Below are positions 1 to 9,857 of a stretch of DNA of 64,000 bases, one piece after another. Position 1 is the first letter of the stretch, and every line of letters starts with the position of its first letter. A program made the position numbers and the translations under genes. Under the pieces are notes generated by a model. It was not told the DNA's origin. It saw only the letters and a list, made by a program, of their open reading frames with translations, and made no database searches. Origin of the DNA: Methanotrichaceae archaeon (GTDB taxonomy: Archaea > Halobacteriota > Methanosarcinia > Methanotrichales > Methanotrichaceae); the NCBI GenBank assembly GCA_963754945.1, contig CAVWIG010000007.1:32001-96000 (forward strand), written 5' to 3'.

Positions 1-2
1 TC

Positions 3-488
3 AAGAAGACAGGAGCTGGAAATCTGTTCATGGTCTTTGGCGAGCCGGATATTACCATCCATAGGATAAAGCCAGAGTCTCCAAAGGTCAAGCAGCCCAA
101 ATGGCCGCCGCAAGAGGCTAAAGAGCCAGGAGAGCAGATTGTTGTCGAGATCAATGGCCTAGATATCTACGATCCTACAACAGGCGAGATAAGGAGCAGT
201 TCGACAGATGACATAGCCTGCTGGTTCATTGATACCAACTACAATGAGGAGAGCTTCTTTGTGCGGCAGGCATATTTCACAGGAGCTGATGAGCCTTATG
301 AGAAGCTTAAGAGAGCCTTGAGGGCCGAAATTGACGAGGAAGCTTGGTCAGCTCTTTATTCCACGAAAAGCATGCTGTTCGATATTCCCGAGACTGGGAA
401 GATCGCGGTGAAGGTCATAAACCACTATGGCGATGAAGTGTTGAAGGTGTTTGAGGTCGGAAATCTTGACATAGGAGATCGGGGATGA
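3..488 (+). CDS. C-terminal part of a site-specific adenine DNA methyltransferase (type III RM Mod-like), 5' end outside window
   Basis: The frame is open from the window edge (KKTGAGNLFMVFGEPDI...). The C-terminus has IACWFIDTNYNEESFFVR and GKIAVKVINHYGDEVLKV, typical of Mod-type methylases. Confidence 0.8.
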   Translation, partial: KKTGAGNLFMVFGEPDITIHRIKPESPKVKQPKWPPQEAKEPGEQIVVEINGLDIYDPTTGEIRSSSTDDIACWFIDTNYNEESFFVRQAYFTGADEPYEKLKRALRAEIDEEAWSALYSTKSMLFDIPETGKIAVKVINHYGDEVLKVFEVGNLDIGDRG

Positions 489-866
489 GGCCGTATGGTA
501 GAAAAATCGGAAATCATGAAAGAGATCCTCTGGTTACATAATCAGATCTCAGGCTATAAGACTTTTTGAAGCGCTTTACTCTTTCATAAGCCGAGGAAAA
601 TATTAGAGGAAGATTGCTGAGTCATTTCCGATGAGTCGCCCCTGGATAAACAAGGTATGTTAGAGCAAGCTGATGTATGTATCTCAAACGCTGAAACGGG
701 CGCGAATCGAGGACTTTTCGCTTATCTGAGTCCATCCGGATGAAAATATGCAGTGGATCTCTGTTCCCGTTACAGAAATACCAATCATATAATCACATTC
801 CCTCATTCGAAGCAGGATGTCTTCGAGTCCACTTGGTGAAGCTAGAGGGGTGTTGAGGAGCTGCAA

Positions 867-1193
867 TTGATGGAGCCCAAAGCTCGGGAGGGAGGTAGTC
901 AAGAGGTACATGACGAGCTGGGCGGTGCAGATGTTAAGGAGCTGGCAATCCATCGCAGGGTTAGCAGGCTGAACTACTCCCGTAGATGTGCCGAGGCTTC
1001 GGCAGTGCAGGCACATATGAAGCAAGGTATCCCACTGGCTCCAGGGATGGAGATAGGCTACGTGATTAGAGATGCCCGGAAGTGGGAAGTTGATCCAGAG
1101 AGAACAGCATCAAAGTTCGATGCAGTGTACTATCGAGGGCTGCTGGAGAAGGCTTGGACGGAGGCGGCGTTTGTTTTTGGGCCTCGACTTTAA
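867..1193 (+). pseudogene. C-terminal remnant of a family B DNA polymerase (PolB2-like)
   Basis: ELAIHRRVSRLNYS...PGMEIGYVIRDA...FDAVYYRGLLEKAW resembles a PolB thumb/C-terminus. No upstream palm domain is present. Confidence 0.65.
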
Positions 1194-1207
1194 AACAGTA
1201 ACTATGT

Positions 1208-2242
1208 TCACAGTGAACTAGTTCCAAAGCATTTTCCCTTTGAGGCGAATTCGGCTATGCCTGTGAAATTCGATTCGGTCTCCATCCAGGTCTCTTTCTT
1301 ATGAATTCCCGCACTGCTGCTCAAATCAAGAGCTTTCGCGTGCAGATATTTCTCTCTAAGCGTTGCTTTTGTGATGTGATTCTCGCAAACACGGTTTGCA
1401 TACCAACTGCTATTGTAATTCAAAGGATGGCTGGATATGTTGACCAAAGCAACGATGCCCTTTGCCCGCAGGTTCTGTTCAGCGGACAACCTCGAAGGAG
1501 AGAGGCTGAGTTTTTCATTCGAACTGTATTCCCCGGAGCCGTGTTCGCTGAAGTCGATATTGGCACCGTCCACTGGTTTGATTGTCGTGGTTATCAATAA
1601 TGTCTTTTTGATGGCTTCGTACGACAGAGTGACCTTATTGGTTATCTTGTAGCTGGGGCGATTCGTTGACAGCGTCCCGTGTACGGATGAGTAACCAATC
1701 CCAGAAACGCTCCCTTCGATATCTGCTTCGCATGTCGATTTAGGGACCTTTACAGTGATCTTTATCTTTATCCACGTACTGGAAGGATGTAACCCTTTAA
1801 TGGTCCACGTGTTGTCTGTTCCGCTATCCGGCTCTGGATCAGCCTTCATGAAAACTGTTCCCGGACCGTAATCCTCGGTTATTACCAAGTCTACGTCCCT
1901 TTTCAGGTTGTTTTTGTACTTTATAGTGTAAGTTATTTGGCTCCCCGGACTAACTGCTTTTGAACCAGTCAATGAGAAATCTAGGGATGGAGGCTTCTTC
2001 TTGGATGCCTTTGCTGGTTTGGCATCCATGAGCGAAGAATTAATTGAATGCGATTCATCGAGGACGCTATTGGAATTGTTTTCCTCTGATACAATAGCGT
2101 TATTGTCCGAGATCGATCCTTCGGCTGTAATGCTGCTATCGAGATCGTCAAGAGAGTTGCTCGACAAAACCAAGGTCGCAAGAATGGACCATATCATAAA
2201 TACGGCGAGGTTATTCATCAATATAGGTCTAATGCGCTGCAC
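1208..2242 (-). CDS. Secreted DUF11-like (conserved repeat/Ig-like) domain protein, possibly C-terminally truncated
   Basis: Hydrophobic signal peptide, then VSPGSQITYTIKYKN...VITEDYGPGTVFMKADPEPD...WTI, a DUF11-type pattern. Confidence 0.6.
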   Translation of the reverse strand: MQRIRPILMNNLAVFMIWSILATLVLSSNSLDDLDSSITAEGSISDNNAIVSEENNSNSVLDESHSINSSLMDAKPAKASKKKPPSLDFSLTGSKAVSPGSQITYTIKYKNNLKRDVDLVITEDYGPGTVFMKADPEPDSGTDNTWTIKGLHPSSTWIKIKITVKVPKSTCEADIEGSVSGIGYSSVHGTLSTNRPSYKITNKVTLSYEAIKKTLLITTTIKPVDGANIDFSEHGSGEYSSNEKLSLSPSRLSAEQNLRAKGIVALVNISSHPLNYNSSWYANRVCENHITKATLREKYLHAKALDLSSSAGIHKKETWMETESNFTGIAEFASKGKCFGTSSL

Positions 2243-2498
2243 AAAAACCTTTCTGACACAGAAAATTAATTAATAATGTAGCATTGAAACGATGCTATAC
2301 AGCAAAATGTATCAAACTATCCCATTTGATATGCCATATCGCTGCTGTACGAAAAGTTGAAATCCAAGGCTTTGGCCAAACAGTAATGTTGTCGCGAGGG
2401 GAATACGATCGCACAGTGAACTCAAAATAAAGAAACAGTGAGAAAAATCCCTTCTTTCAAGCTTTTCTAACTCTGGAGCTTGTCACTCAAAAGCTCTG

Positions 2499-3602
2499 TT
2501 ATCTCCTCCTGGTTATGATAGACAGCACGTCGCCGTCGACTAGAGTGTGGTTGAGTCCTACTGATTGACCGGGGAACTTGGCGCTCTTCCCCCACACGAG
2601 AGAGTACCTGAATAGATCCACAAAATCCCTGTGAAGATGCTCGCAGACCGTTCTGACGGTCGAGCCATCAAGAATCACAAGGGGTTCGTCAAGATCTGCC
2701 TTTTCTCCCTTGGGTTTTAGGTAGACCCTTATGAAGCCAAGAGTGTCGTATATTGTCTCCTTCAGCTCTTCTATACCTTCTAAAGTTACTGCCGATACCC
2801 GGAGATAATCTCTGCCGATGGTTTCTTTGATCTTCTCTTCCACTCCGGTGTACCTCAGGTCGAACTTGTTTATGGCCACAACGCTTGGAATATAGACCCT
2901 GTTTCCTGCCAGGAAGTCGACTAGGCTGTCAGTGTCGATGTCCTCCCGAACGGTAACGTTGGCATTGACTATCCCGTATACGCGGATGATCTCTGCGATC
3001 TCATTCACCGTCATTTTTGTGAGCTGAACTGTGCTTCTGATGATTATGCCGCCCTTGGTCGCCTGGGTGATTGAGATGTCCGGAGGCTGCTTGTCCAGCC
3101 TGATGCCGGCGTCATAGAGTTCCCGCATTAGAATATCGAGTCGGTAGTTGAAGACGTCTCCCAGAAGAAGGATTATATCGGCAGCTCGAGCAGCGGTTAT
3201 GACTTCTCTCCCTCGGCCCTTCCCTCTGGCTGCTCCCTTGATCAACCCTGGCATGTCCAGGATCTGGATCTCGGCGCTCTTGTACTCCATGATTCCGGGT
3301 ATGACCTCTAGAGTAGTGAAATGGTACTCAGCCACCGCAGAATTCGCGCCTGTGAGGAGGTTGAGGAGGCTCGATTTTCCCGTGGAGGGGAAGCCTACCA
3401 GGGCTACGGTGGCATCACCTGACTTTTTGATGTAGAACCTTCTGCCCGTCCCGCCGCCTTTTACCTTCTGGAGCTCCTGCTGTGCCTTCAGTTTTGCGAT
3501 CTTGGCCTTCAGCTTTCCTATGTGGTGCTCAGTGGCCTTGTTCTTCTGAGTTTTGAGGATCTCCTCTTCTATCTCCTTGATCTGTTCCTCGATGGTTGCC
3601 AT
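2499..3602 (-). CDS. drg: DRG (OBG family) GTP-binding protein with TGS domain
   Basis: N-terminal KNKATEHHIGKLKAK, G1 GFPSTGKS, YHFTTL, DMPG, NKFD and a C-terminal TGS domain. Confidence 0.95.
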   Translation of the reverse strand: MATIEEQIKEIEEEILKTQKNKATEHHIGKLKAKIAKLKAQQELQKVKGGGTGRRFYIKKSGDATVALVGFPSTGKSSLLNLLTGANSAVAEYHFTTLEVIPGIMEYKSAEIQILDMPGLIKGAARGKGRGREVITAARAADIILLLGDVFNYRLDILMRELYDAGIRLDKQPPDISITQATKGGIIIRSTVQLTKMTVNEIAEIIRVYGIVNANVTVREDIDTDSLVDFLAGNRVYIPSVVAINKFDLRYTGVEEKIKETIGRDYLRVSAVTLEGIEELKETIYDTLGFIRVYLKPKGEKADLDEPLVILDGSTVRTVCEHLHRDFVDLFRYSLVWGKSAKFPGQSVGLNHTLVDGDVLSIITRRR

Positions 3603-3789
3603 TTATCATCCTGCTCTATCCTGGAGCCGTTTTATTGGATTGGCTTGCGATCCAGGTATCAGAAGCTCTAATTGGGGGAGGATCTTTTGAGTTTTCACCT
3701 TTATAAGGTGATGCTTTTCCGGATGCCTTTCGGATTTAGGATTACGTTTCCAGAGCGGGTGCAAGACATAGATAGGGCCGATATTAGCT

Positions 3790-3964
3790 CTACATGAAAA
3801 AAACAGCTTTATTCTAGGGTAGATTAGCGGAATGTGGCGGTATGAGAGTCGGTTTATCGCCCGTACCGGGCAGGTTTGGGGGACTTATCCCTCCTTCCTC
3901 CTCACCTGCCCTGGGATCTGAAACAGAAAATCAACTGAACGGTGAACTTAGTGGAGAGTGAAAG
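3790..3964 (+). promoter_or_regulatory. Putative BRE/TATA promoter and structured 5' leader of the curli-like gene
   Basis: GAAAAAAACAGCTTTATT (purine-rich BRE plus TATA-like) near 3796-3813. Hairpin GGGCAGGT(3868-3875)/ACCTGCCC(3904-3911). Confidence 0.35.
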
Positions 3965-4687
3965 ATGAGAATTACAGCAATTACAATAATGGTGATGCTC
4001 TTACTGGCATCCTCAGCATCAGCAGGAAACGTTGTAAAGCAGAGCATCGATATGTCAGCCCGCGGCGGCCAGATCAGCCAGAGCGCGGCCAACGCTGCGG
4101 TAGTTTCCGGCAACAATAATTACGTGAGCCAGGGTGTCTCCCAGGCCGCCAGGGGAAGCCAGATCACTCAGAGCGGAGCTAACGCTGTGGTTGTAGTAGG
4201 AAGCGGTAACACAATAATACAGGGAGTGGATCAGAAGGCCAGAGGCAACAACATCGCCCAGAGCGGAGCCAATGCCTTGGCTGTGCTTGGCAACGATAAC
4301 TACGCCAACCAGCAGGTCGCTCAGGGAGCCTACGGGAGCAACATCTTCCAGAACGGCTGGAACACGGGCTCGATTACCGGAGACGGGAACACTCTTGTCC
4401 AGGGATTGCTGTCCATTGCAAAGACCTACACCAACAATACCAGTCAGACCATGAGAAACACAGCATACATCACCGGCTCCTACAATCAGGTTAATCAGCA
4501 GGTCTCGGGCGTCGTGCTCACAGGCACTAGCAACGCGCCAGTAATTCAAACGGGCAGCAACTTCGGTCAGACCCTTGATCGTAACTCCAATCAATTCGAA
4601 CAAAACACGAAGCTGAAGGCCAAGGGCGGACACAAGGGAAATGTTTTGCAGCACGGCGCGAATGAGGTGAGAATTGGGCCAATATGA
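3965..4687 (+). CDS. Secreted Gln/Asn/Gly-rich 30-aa repeat protein, curlin-like beta-solenoid candidate
   Basis: Signal peptide ending ASSASA, then about 7 repeats of G-x-x-N-x-x-x-Q-x-V-x-Q-x-A-x-G-x-x-I-x-Q-x-G-x-N. Confidence 0.75.
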   Translation: MRITAITIMVMLLLASSASAGNVVKQSIDMSARGGQISQSAANAAVVSGNNNYVSQGVSQAARGSQITQSGANAVVVVGSGNTIIQGVDQKARGNNIAQSGANALAVLGNDNYANQQVAQGAYGSNIFQNGWNTGSITGDGNTLVQGLLSIAKTYTNNTSQTMRNTAYITGSYNQVNQQVSGVVLTGTSNAPVIQTGSNFGQTLDRNSNQFEQNTKLKAKGGHKGNVLQHGANEVRIGPI

Positions 4688-4698
4688 ATGTATTTAAT

Positions 4699-4728
4699 GG
4701 GCATCCACGACTTTTTTTAGGGTGCCCT
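4699..4728. terminator. Hairpin/oligo-T between convergent genes
   Basis: GGGCATCC...GGGTGCCC flanks a T7 run just after the 4687 stop. Confidence 0.4.
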
Positions 4729-4761
4729 ATCGCTGCTTGGTTATCAGCACCATTTTGGGTG

Positions 4762-6099
4762 TCAGCCTAATCTTCCCCATGTTTTTCCCGAAGAATCGAT
4801 TCCGTAATCGCCTTCATCGATGTCTCCTTGAACATCAGTGGCCACCCTGACGTGATACACCTTATCCCGAGCAGCTCCTGTGGTTGTTATTAGTATAACC
4901 TTACTTCCACCCGCCAGTACTTTACGATCCTGCTTCTCGAAATCATCTTTTGATTTCGGATCGACTATATCCGTTTTGTCGTCCTTTCCTTCTATGGAAA
5001 TCTTTTCAACTGTGACATTATATTTCTTGTTTGCATTTAATACGTTTATCTTCACCTCGGTATCGGTATTAAGCTTAGGAAAATCAACACCAAGTATTCT
5101 AATCCCGCCAGTTATTCCCATCATGTTGGTCATCATGCGCCTGTACTCTCTATCGCCTATATCTCCCAAGGCGTACCTTAAACTAACAATCTCTTCGGCT
5201 TTGAGCGGTGTGGGGGAGCCATCTTTGGTAGGATTCATCAGATTCTTCAAATAATCCTTCACTTTATCATCGGTCTTGTTATTCTCCCAGGCGCGGCTGC
5301 CAAAGTAGAAGAGGATAATGACGACGAAAACGTAGAGGAAGTTATTTGTGAAACTCGCCAGGGCACTCTCGGGAATAACATCAACATTGCCTGCCGTAGA
5401 ATTTCCGCCTAGGGAAATCTTACCTGAAGACCCATTAATAATCAGGGGTGTGAACTTGAAAGTGAATCCAGAGACGTTGGTCGCCTCAAATCCTCCATTT
5501 GTGCCCGTCAGGTTGAACGTGAATATATGTTCTCTTTCTACAGAATTCTTTTCTGTTAATTTCTCGTGAAGAGATACACTGCTAAATGCTGCGCTGGTCT
5601 TGTTATCCTTGGGTCCCAGGATGGAAGGACTGTTAAAGGAGACCACTAGGAGGATTATGTACACTATCGTCAGGGATATGACTATGGCTTTTCTGATCTC
5701 ACCGCTATCAAGCCTCGATCCAAGGTTGACTTTGGACGAAATAGCCAGGACCAATGGCACAGAGAGGCCTATGATGCCCGCCAGAGATACGATCAGGAAG
5801 TCGGCCTTTTGCCCATGAAAGGCAAGGGCGAATGCTATCGCGATCATCGCTATTAATACCATCAAAATATCGCTGTTGCTGAAATCGCTGTTGTCGTCGT
5901 CCGCCTTTTCCTTAATGGCTGCAAAAATTGAGATGATCATGCTCCCTAATATTATAAACCCGAAAGGAGTCCAATCCTTCCACTCCTCTACGTTAAGGAG
6001 GTGTCTATAGCTAATAGCAATAATTGCAGAACTAAGAACAAGCCATATCCAAAGAGACTTTGTTTTCAATAAGCTAAGATCTAGAGACATTTCGGCCAT
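4762..6099 (-). CDS. Multi-pass membrane protein with SHOCT-like motif and C-terminal beta domain
   Basis: About 6 hydrophobic segments. AEEIVSLRYALGDIGDREYRRM resembles the SHOCT consensus (LxxRYAxGEIxxEEY). Confidence 0.55.
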   Translation of the reverse strand: MAEMSLDLSLLKTKSLWIWLVLSSAIIAISYRHLLNVEEWKDWTPFGFIILGSMIISIFAAIKEKADDDNSDFSNSDILMVLIAMIAIAFALAFHGQKADFLIVSLAGIIGLSVPLVLAISSKVNLGSRLDSGEIRKAIVISLTIVYIILLVVSFNSPSILGPKDNKTSAAFSSVSLHEKLTEKNSVEREHIFTFNLTGTNGGFEATNVSGFTFKFTPLIINGSSGKISLGGNSTAGNVDVIPESALASFTNNFLYVFVVIILFYFGSRAWENNKTDDKVKDYLKNLMNPTKDGSPTPLKAEEIVSLRYALGDIGDREYRRMMTNMMGITGGIRILGVDFPKLNTDTEVKINVLNANKKYNVTVEKISIEGKDDKTDIVDPKSKDDFEKQDRKVLAGGSKVILITTTGAARDKVYHVRVATDVQGDIDEGDYGIDSSGKTWGRLG

Positions 6100-6630
6100 A
6101 CATCCTCAATTTATCCTAAGATCACCTGTGATATAAACTTAGTTATAGTCAATTGCTGATATATTACAGATAATTGATAGATAATACAATACCTAATTGA
6201 ATATGCTAATGACACATAGAATAATTGCCAACAATATTGCCAGACGATCAACCATATCTCCGATAATATTTGCAATTCCAGTTCGAGGACTCCTAAAAAT
6301 CCGCTAAATAACGCTTTGATTTATATACTGCTTATAAAGCCGTGCCAAAAATCAGAGGTTATTAGGAATCCTCAGTTCTCTTGATTACATATTAATTTTT
6401 AAATAAAAATTAACGGCTGTGCTTAAAAATCCTGGAAATCTATGATCTTTAGCTTCATTCATTTTCTAATTGCATCAACGATTGTCTTACTGAGACTGAT
6501 CCTATTTTGGAGGCAAGCACAGGCTTAAACTATCTTTTGCATACAACTTAGCCGTGCTTAGATTTCAGTAGCATTTAAAATAGGTGGACCGAGCTACGAC
6601 GTCTATTATCTTAAAATTCGTTCTTGAGGG

Positions 6631-7215
6631 CTAATCTCCTTCCCAGCAGCTGCTTTTCTTGATCCTCTCCAGAAGGTCGCACAGCTTGTTGGCGCTGGCT
6701 ATGACCGTCGTCCTTCCTATTCTGTCCTCGGCGGCGGGTCTAACGGCAATGCCACCAAAATGTTTGTCGTCTCCAACGACTATCATCCCTTGGATGTGCA
6801 TCCAGGCATGGATGGCTTCAATGGCCTTCTCCTGGCCGCCATTTCTTGATCCCCCAACAGTTAGTGCGCACCCAACCTTGTCTTTCAGCTTGAATCCCTG
6901 CCTTCTCAACAGGATGGTTCGGTCGAACACGGCTTTAATCTGAGCAGTGACTGTGCCGAAGTAAACAGGGGATGAGATGATCATTCCATCTGCCACCTCC
7001 ATAAGCTCGTAAAACTCGTCCATATCATCCTTTATCGGACATGGCTTGCCTCGCGCGCAATCACCACAATCGTCGCAGTACCTCACCTCATGGGATGAAC
7101 ACAGAAGCTGTTGTGTTTTAAACCCTCTCTCCGATGCAACTTTCAAGGCTTCATCTAGTATGTACTCTGTGTTTCCCCCCTTCTTTGGGCTGCCCGAGAC
7201 GCCAAGGATCAACAT
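6631..7215 (-). CDS. Iron-sulfur flavoprotein (flavodoxin/NADPH-dependent FMN reductase family)
   Basis: GSPKKGGNT, CxxCxxCx5C, SPVYFG, GGSRNGGQE. Confidence 0.92.
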   Translation of the reverse strand: MLILGVSGSPKKGGNTEYILDEALKVASERGFKTQQLLCSSHEVRYCDDCGDCARGKPCPIKDDMDEFYELMEVADGMIISSPVYFGTVTAQIKAVFDRTILLRRQGFKLKDKVGCALTVGGSRNGGQEKAIEAIHAWMHIQGMIVVGDDKHFGGIAVRPAAEDRIGRTTVIASANKLCDLLERIKKSSCWEGD

Positions 7216-7344
7216 AACTCGCTACCTCAAATGTTCCTCTGTCCTTGAAGTGTACAGGAATGTATATGACACAGGAAGAGATATAACGCTTTTCGGGATC
7301 ACAAACTTAATATCTTAAAACATAATTTATATTGAGGACTTGAT

Positions 7345-7590
7345 ATGCACGCAGAGATCACATCGCTCCTGGGGCTGGAGGTCTACACTCAGAAAGGTGT
7401 CTACGTGGGCAAGGTGGATGACGCGGTTTTGGACACAGATCAGAGGATGGTCAGTGGTCTTGCCCTAGGGAGTGTGAACAAGAACCTCTTCGACCAGAAA
7501 GGAAAAGGGGTTGTAGTACCCTACCGCTGGGTTACAGTCGTTGGCGATATAATCCTCATGAAGCATCTGACCATAAATGCAAAGGAATAG
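7345..7590 (+). CDS. PRC-barrel domain protein (CdpB-like)
   Basis: LLGLEVYTQKGVYVGKVDD...VVVPYRWVTVVGDIIL. Confidence 0.9.
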   Translation: MHAEITSLLGLEVYTQKGVYVGKVDDAVLDTDQRMVSGLALGSVNKNLFDQKGKGVVVPYRWVTVVGDIILMKHLTINAKE

Positions 7591-8263
7591 CGCAAAGACG
7601 GCTAGCTGGGAGATCTATTCGAACCTGAAGGCTCGATCTCCCATAGTAGCACGGGCGGACGGCCGTGGCTTCAAGAAAATCCTGGAGAGCTGCGAAAAAC
7701 CGTACGATATGGATTTTGCCCGTTCGATGGTAGATGCGACAGTCAAGCTCTTCGAAGATTCTGGATTGGCGCCATCCTTTGCCTTCACGTTCTCAGATGA
7801 GATCAGCCTGATCTTTCTAGAGGCGCCCTTTGCTGGGAGGGTGGAAAAGATAGACTCCGTCATAGCGGGTCTCCTCTCAGGCGCGCTCTCGATGGCATTG
7901 GGGCGCGTGGTCTCCTTGGACTGCAGGGTTGTATCAGTTTGTGGGGCTGAGATCGTCGAGTACCTCACAGACCGACAAGATGAGACGTGGAGGAATCACG
8001 TCTTTTCCTACGGGTTCTACACGCTATTGAAGGATGGGTTGACCAACACACAGGCCATGGAGCAACTCAGGAATATGCGGGAGTTCGAGATCCACGAGCT
8101 TGTTTTCAAAAAAGGAGTCAACTTGGCCAAGACTCCTGCCTGGGAGCGTCGAGGAGTGCTGGTTTATAGAATGAGCGATGAGCTTGTCCAGAACTGGGAC
8201 CTGCCGCTTTTCAAGTCGGAGGAAGGCCGTATATTAATCGATCGATTAATCATAGGCAACTAG
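7577..8263 (+). CDS. thg1: tRNA(His) guanylyltransferase Thg1-like protein
   Basis: RADGRGFK, FSDEISL, LDCRV, RQDETWRN and PAWERRG motifs. Confidence 0.92.
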   Translation: MQRNSAKTASWEIYSNLKARSPIVARADGRGFKKILESCEKPYDMDFARSMVDATVKLFEDSGLAPSFAFTFSDEISLIFLEAPFAGRVEKIDSVIAGLLSGALSMALGRVVSLDCRVVSVCGAEIVEYLTDRQDETWRNHVFSYGFYTLLKDGLTNTQAMEQLRNMREFEIHELVFKKGVNLAKTPAWERRGVLVYRMSDELVQNWDLPLFKSEEGRILIDRLIIGN

Positions 8264-8284
8264 ACTTCTTGTACTGCACGGCAG

Positions 8285-8926
8285 TTAACCTTTCAGTTCA
8301 TCCCGTGCAATGTGGTGCTCTCCCTCGCTGTCGTGGACAATGCAGGCTCCACTCTTCGTAGGACTGCCTCTCTCGAAATCCGTGTACCTTTCCAGAAGGG
8401 CAATGGCCTCCTGGATCTCAGTTATGCTTCTATTTATCACCTGGGCTGCAATCCTCTCCGCCTCGTCTGAGTCGATCTTCTTGCCCAAGCCTCTGCATTC
8501 CGAGCAGCGTAGTGTTCCTTCATCGAGATAAAAGGGATAAGTCTTGCATAGCATTGGCCGTGACTGATAGATTTTGCATCCCTTTATGGAGTGGAACTTG
8601 CATGATTCTCCATCCTTTTTTATTCGCCACTCCAGGGTATGGAAATTTCCCCGGCTATCCCATTCACCGATTTTGGGAGGCTCTACGGCATCCAGCCAAC
8701 CCATGACCGTTGCGGCTAGAATTTTCCTGATCTCAAAGGGGAAGAGGACCACACTGTTATCCGCTCCGGCACAGCAATCTCCACAGCGGAGACACTCAAA
8801 ACCGATGGCCCTGATCTGAGAGGCTACATGCTCGATCGAGACCCTTTTTGCTGCTTCTAGGCTTTTGCGTAGTTCTTCTTGCCGCTCATCCCTCAGCTTT
8901 TTTGAGTTCTGCTTTTCGCCGATCAT
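8285..8926 (-). CDS. YkgJ/UPF0153 cysteine-cluster (CxxCxxCC) protein
   Basis: FECLRCGDCC...CKF...CKIYQSRPMLCKTYPF. The start is placed at ATG 8926, which overlaps the guaAA stop (ATGA). Confidence 0.85.
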   Translation of the reverse strand: MIGEKQNSKKLRDERQEELRKSLEAAKRVSIEHVASQIRAIGFECLRCGDCCAGADNSVVLFPFEIRKILAATVMGWLDAVEPPKIGEWDSRGNFHTLEWRIKKDGESCKFHSIKGCKIYQSRPMLCKTYPFYLDEGTLRCSECRGLGKKIDSDEAERIAAQVINRSITEIQEAIALLERYTDFERGSPTKSGACIVHDSEGEHHIARDELKG

Positions 8927-9480
8927 TTTTTGCACAGCTCGATGAAATTGCCGAGAAGCTTCTGTCCGTGCTCGGTGTGGACGACCTCGGGATGCCACTG
9001 GACGCCGTACAAAGGTCTATTGACATGCTTCATGGCCTCAATCTTGCAGACATTGGACCTGGCTAGAACTTCGAAATCCAATGGCAACTCCACAACCTGA
9101 TCTGCGTGGGATGCCCAGGTCTTGAAGGTCTTGGGCAGGCCCTTGAGTATGTCATTCTCTTTGACAACCTCGACCTGAACCTCTGCGTATCCTCCTATGG
9201 CTCCGGGAGCGACCCGGCCTCCGAAGGTTGTTCCCATGAGCTGCAAGCCCAGACAGATGCCCATTACGGGAATGTCAAGCTCTTTAAGATAATCGGCACA
9301 CCTGCCTGCACGCTCTAGGGTTGGTCCGCCGCCGAGGATGAGGCCGTCTGCTTCGATATCCTCCGGCGGGGTCTGATTTGAGATCAGCTTGCTCTCCACA
9401 AAGTCCCTGATGCTCCTGACTATAAGATGGTTGAACTGCCCGTAGTTGTTGACCACAAGTATGCGCATTAGCACCTTCAT
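8923..9480 (-). CDS. guaAA: GMP synthase glutamine amidotransferase subunit A
   Basis: NNYGQFNHLI, GICLGLQ and QWHPEV class I GATase motifs. Confidence 0.95.
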   Translation of the reverse strand: MKVLMRILVVNNYGQFNHLIVRSIRDFVESKLISNQTPPEDIEADGLILGGGPTLERAGRCADYLKELDIPVMGICLGLQLMGTTFGGRVAPGAIGGYAEVQVEVVKENDILKGLPKTFKTWASHADQVVELPLDFEVLARSNVCKIEAMKHVNRPLYGVQWHPEVVHTEHGQKLLGNFIELCKK

Positions 9481-9857
9481 GCCCGTTATGAAGATATATT
9501 TTATGGCTCTGTGGCAGGTATCAGATTACTCCTCGGTCCGGAGACGTCAGTGTATATCGCTTCAAGATGTAGCAGTAAGTCTTCACAAGAAGGCTAAGTC
9601 CTACAAAGGGCAAAGTTTTATACGAAACAGAGTCTATTATTTAGTTATGAAATTAGTTATGATCTAAGCCAGACTAGTACTCAAGGTACGGCTATCGATG
9701 TCTTCCTAAATAGTCAATCTGTGATTGACAAAAATAATGCAGAGCTAAGTCAAGATCGTTTCCTATGAAGGAGTACTACGACCAGGTTCCACACAAGACC
9801 TAGAAAGAATTCACATGAACCACTTAGCTGAAAAAGCAGTTGATAAGGCTTCAACGT

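Noticed and set aside
2279-2297. ATTGAAAC within a small inverted repeat as a CRISPR repeat
   Set aside because: Single copy, with no spacers or cas genes.
7577-8263. Pyrrolysine-containing Thg1 as in some Methanosarcina
   Set aside because: The ORF is uninterrupted, with no internal TAG.
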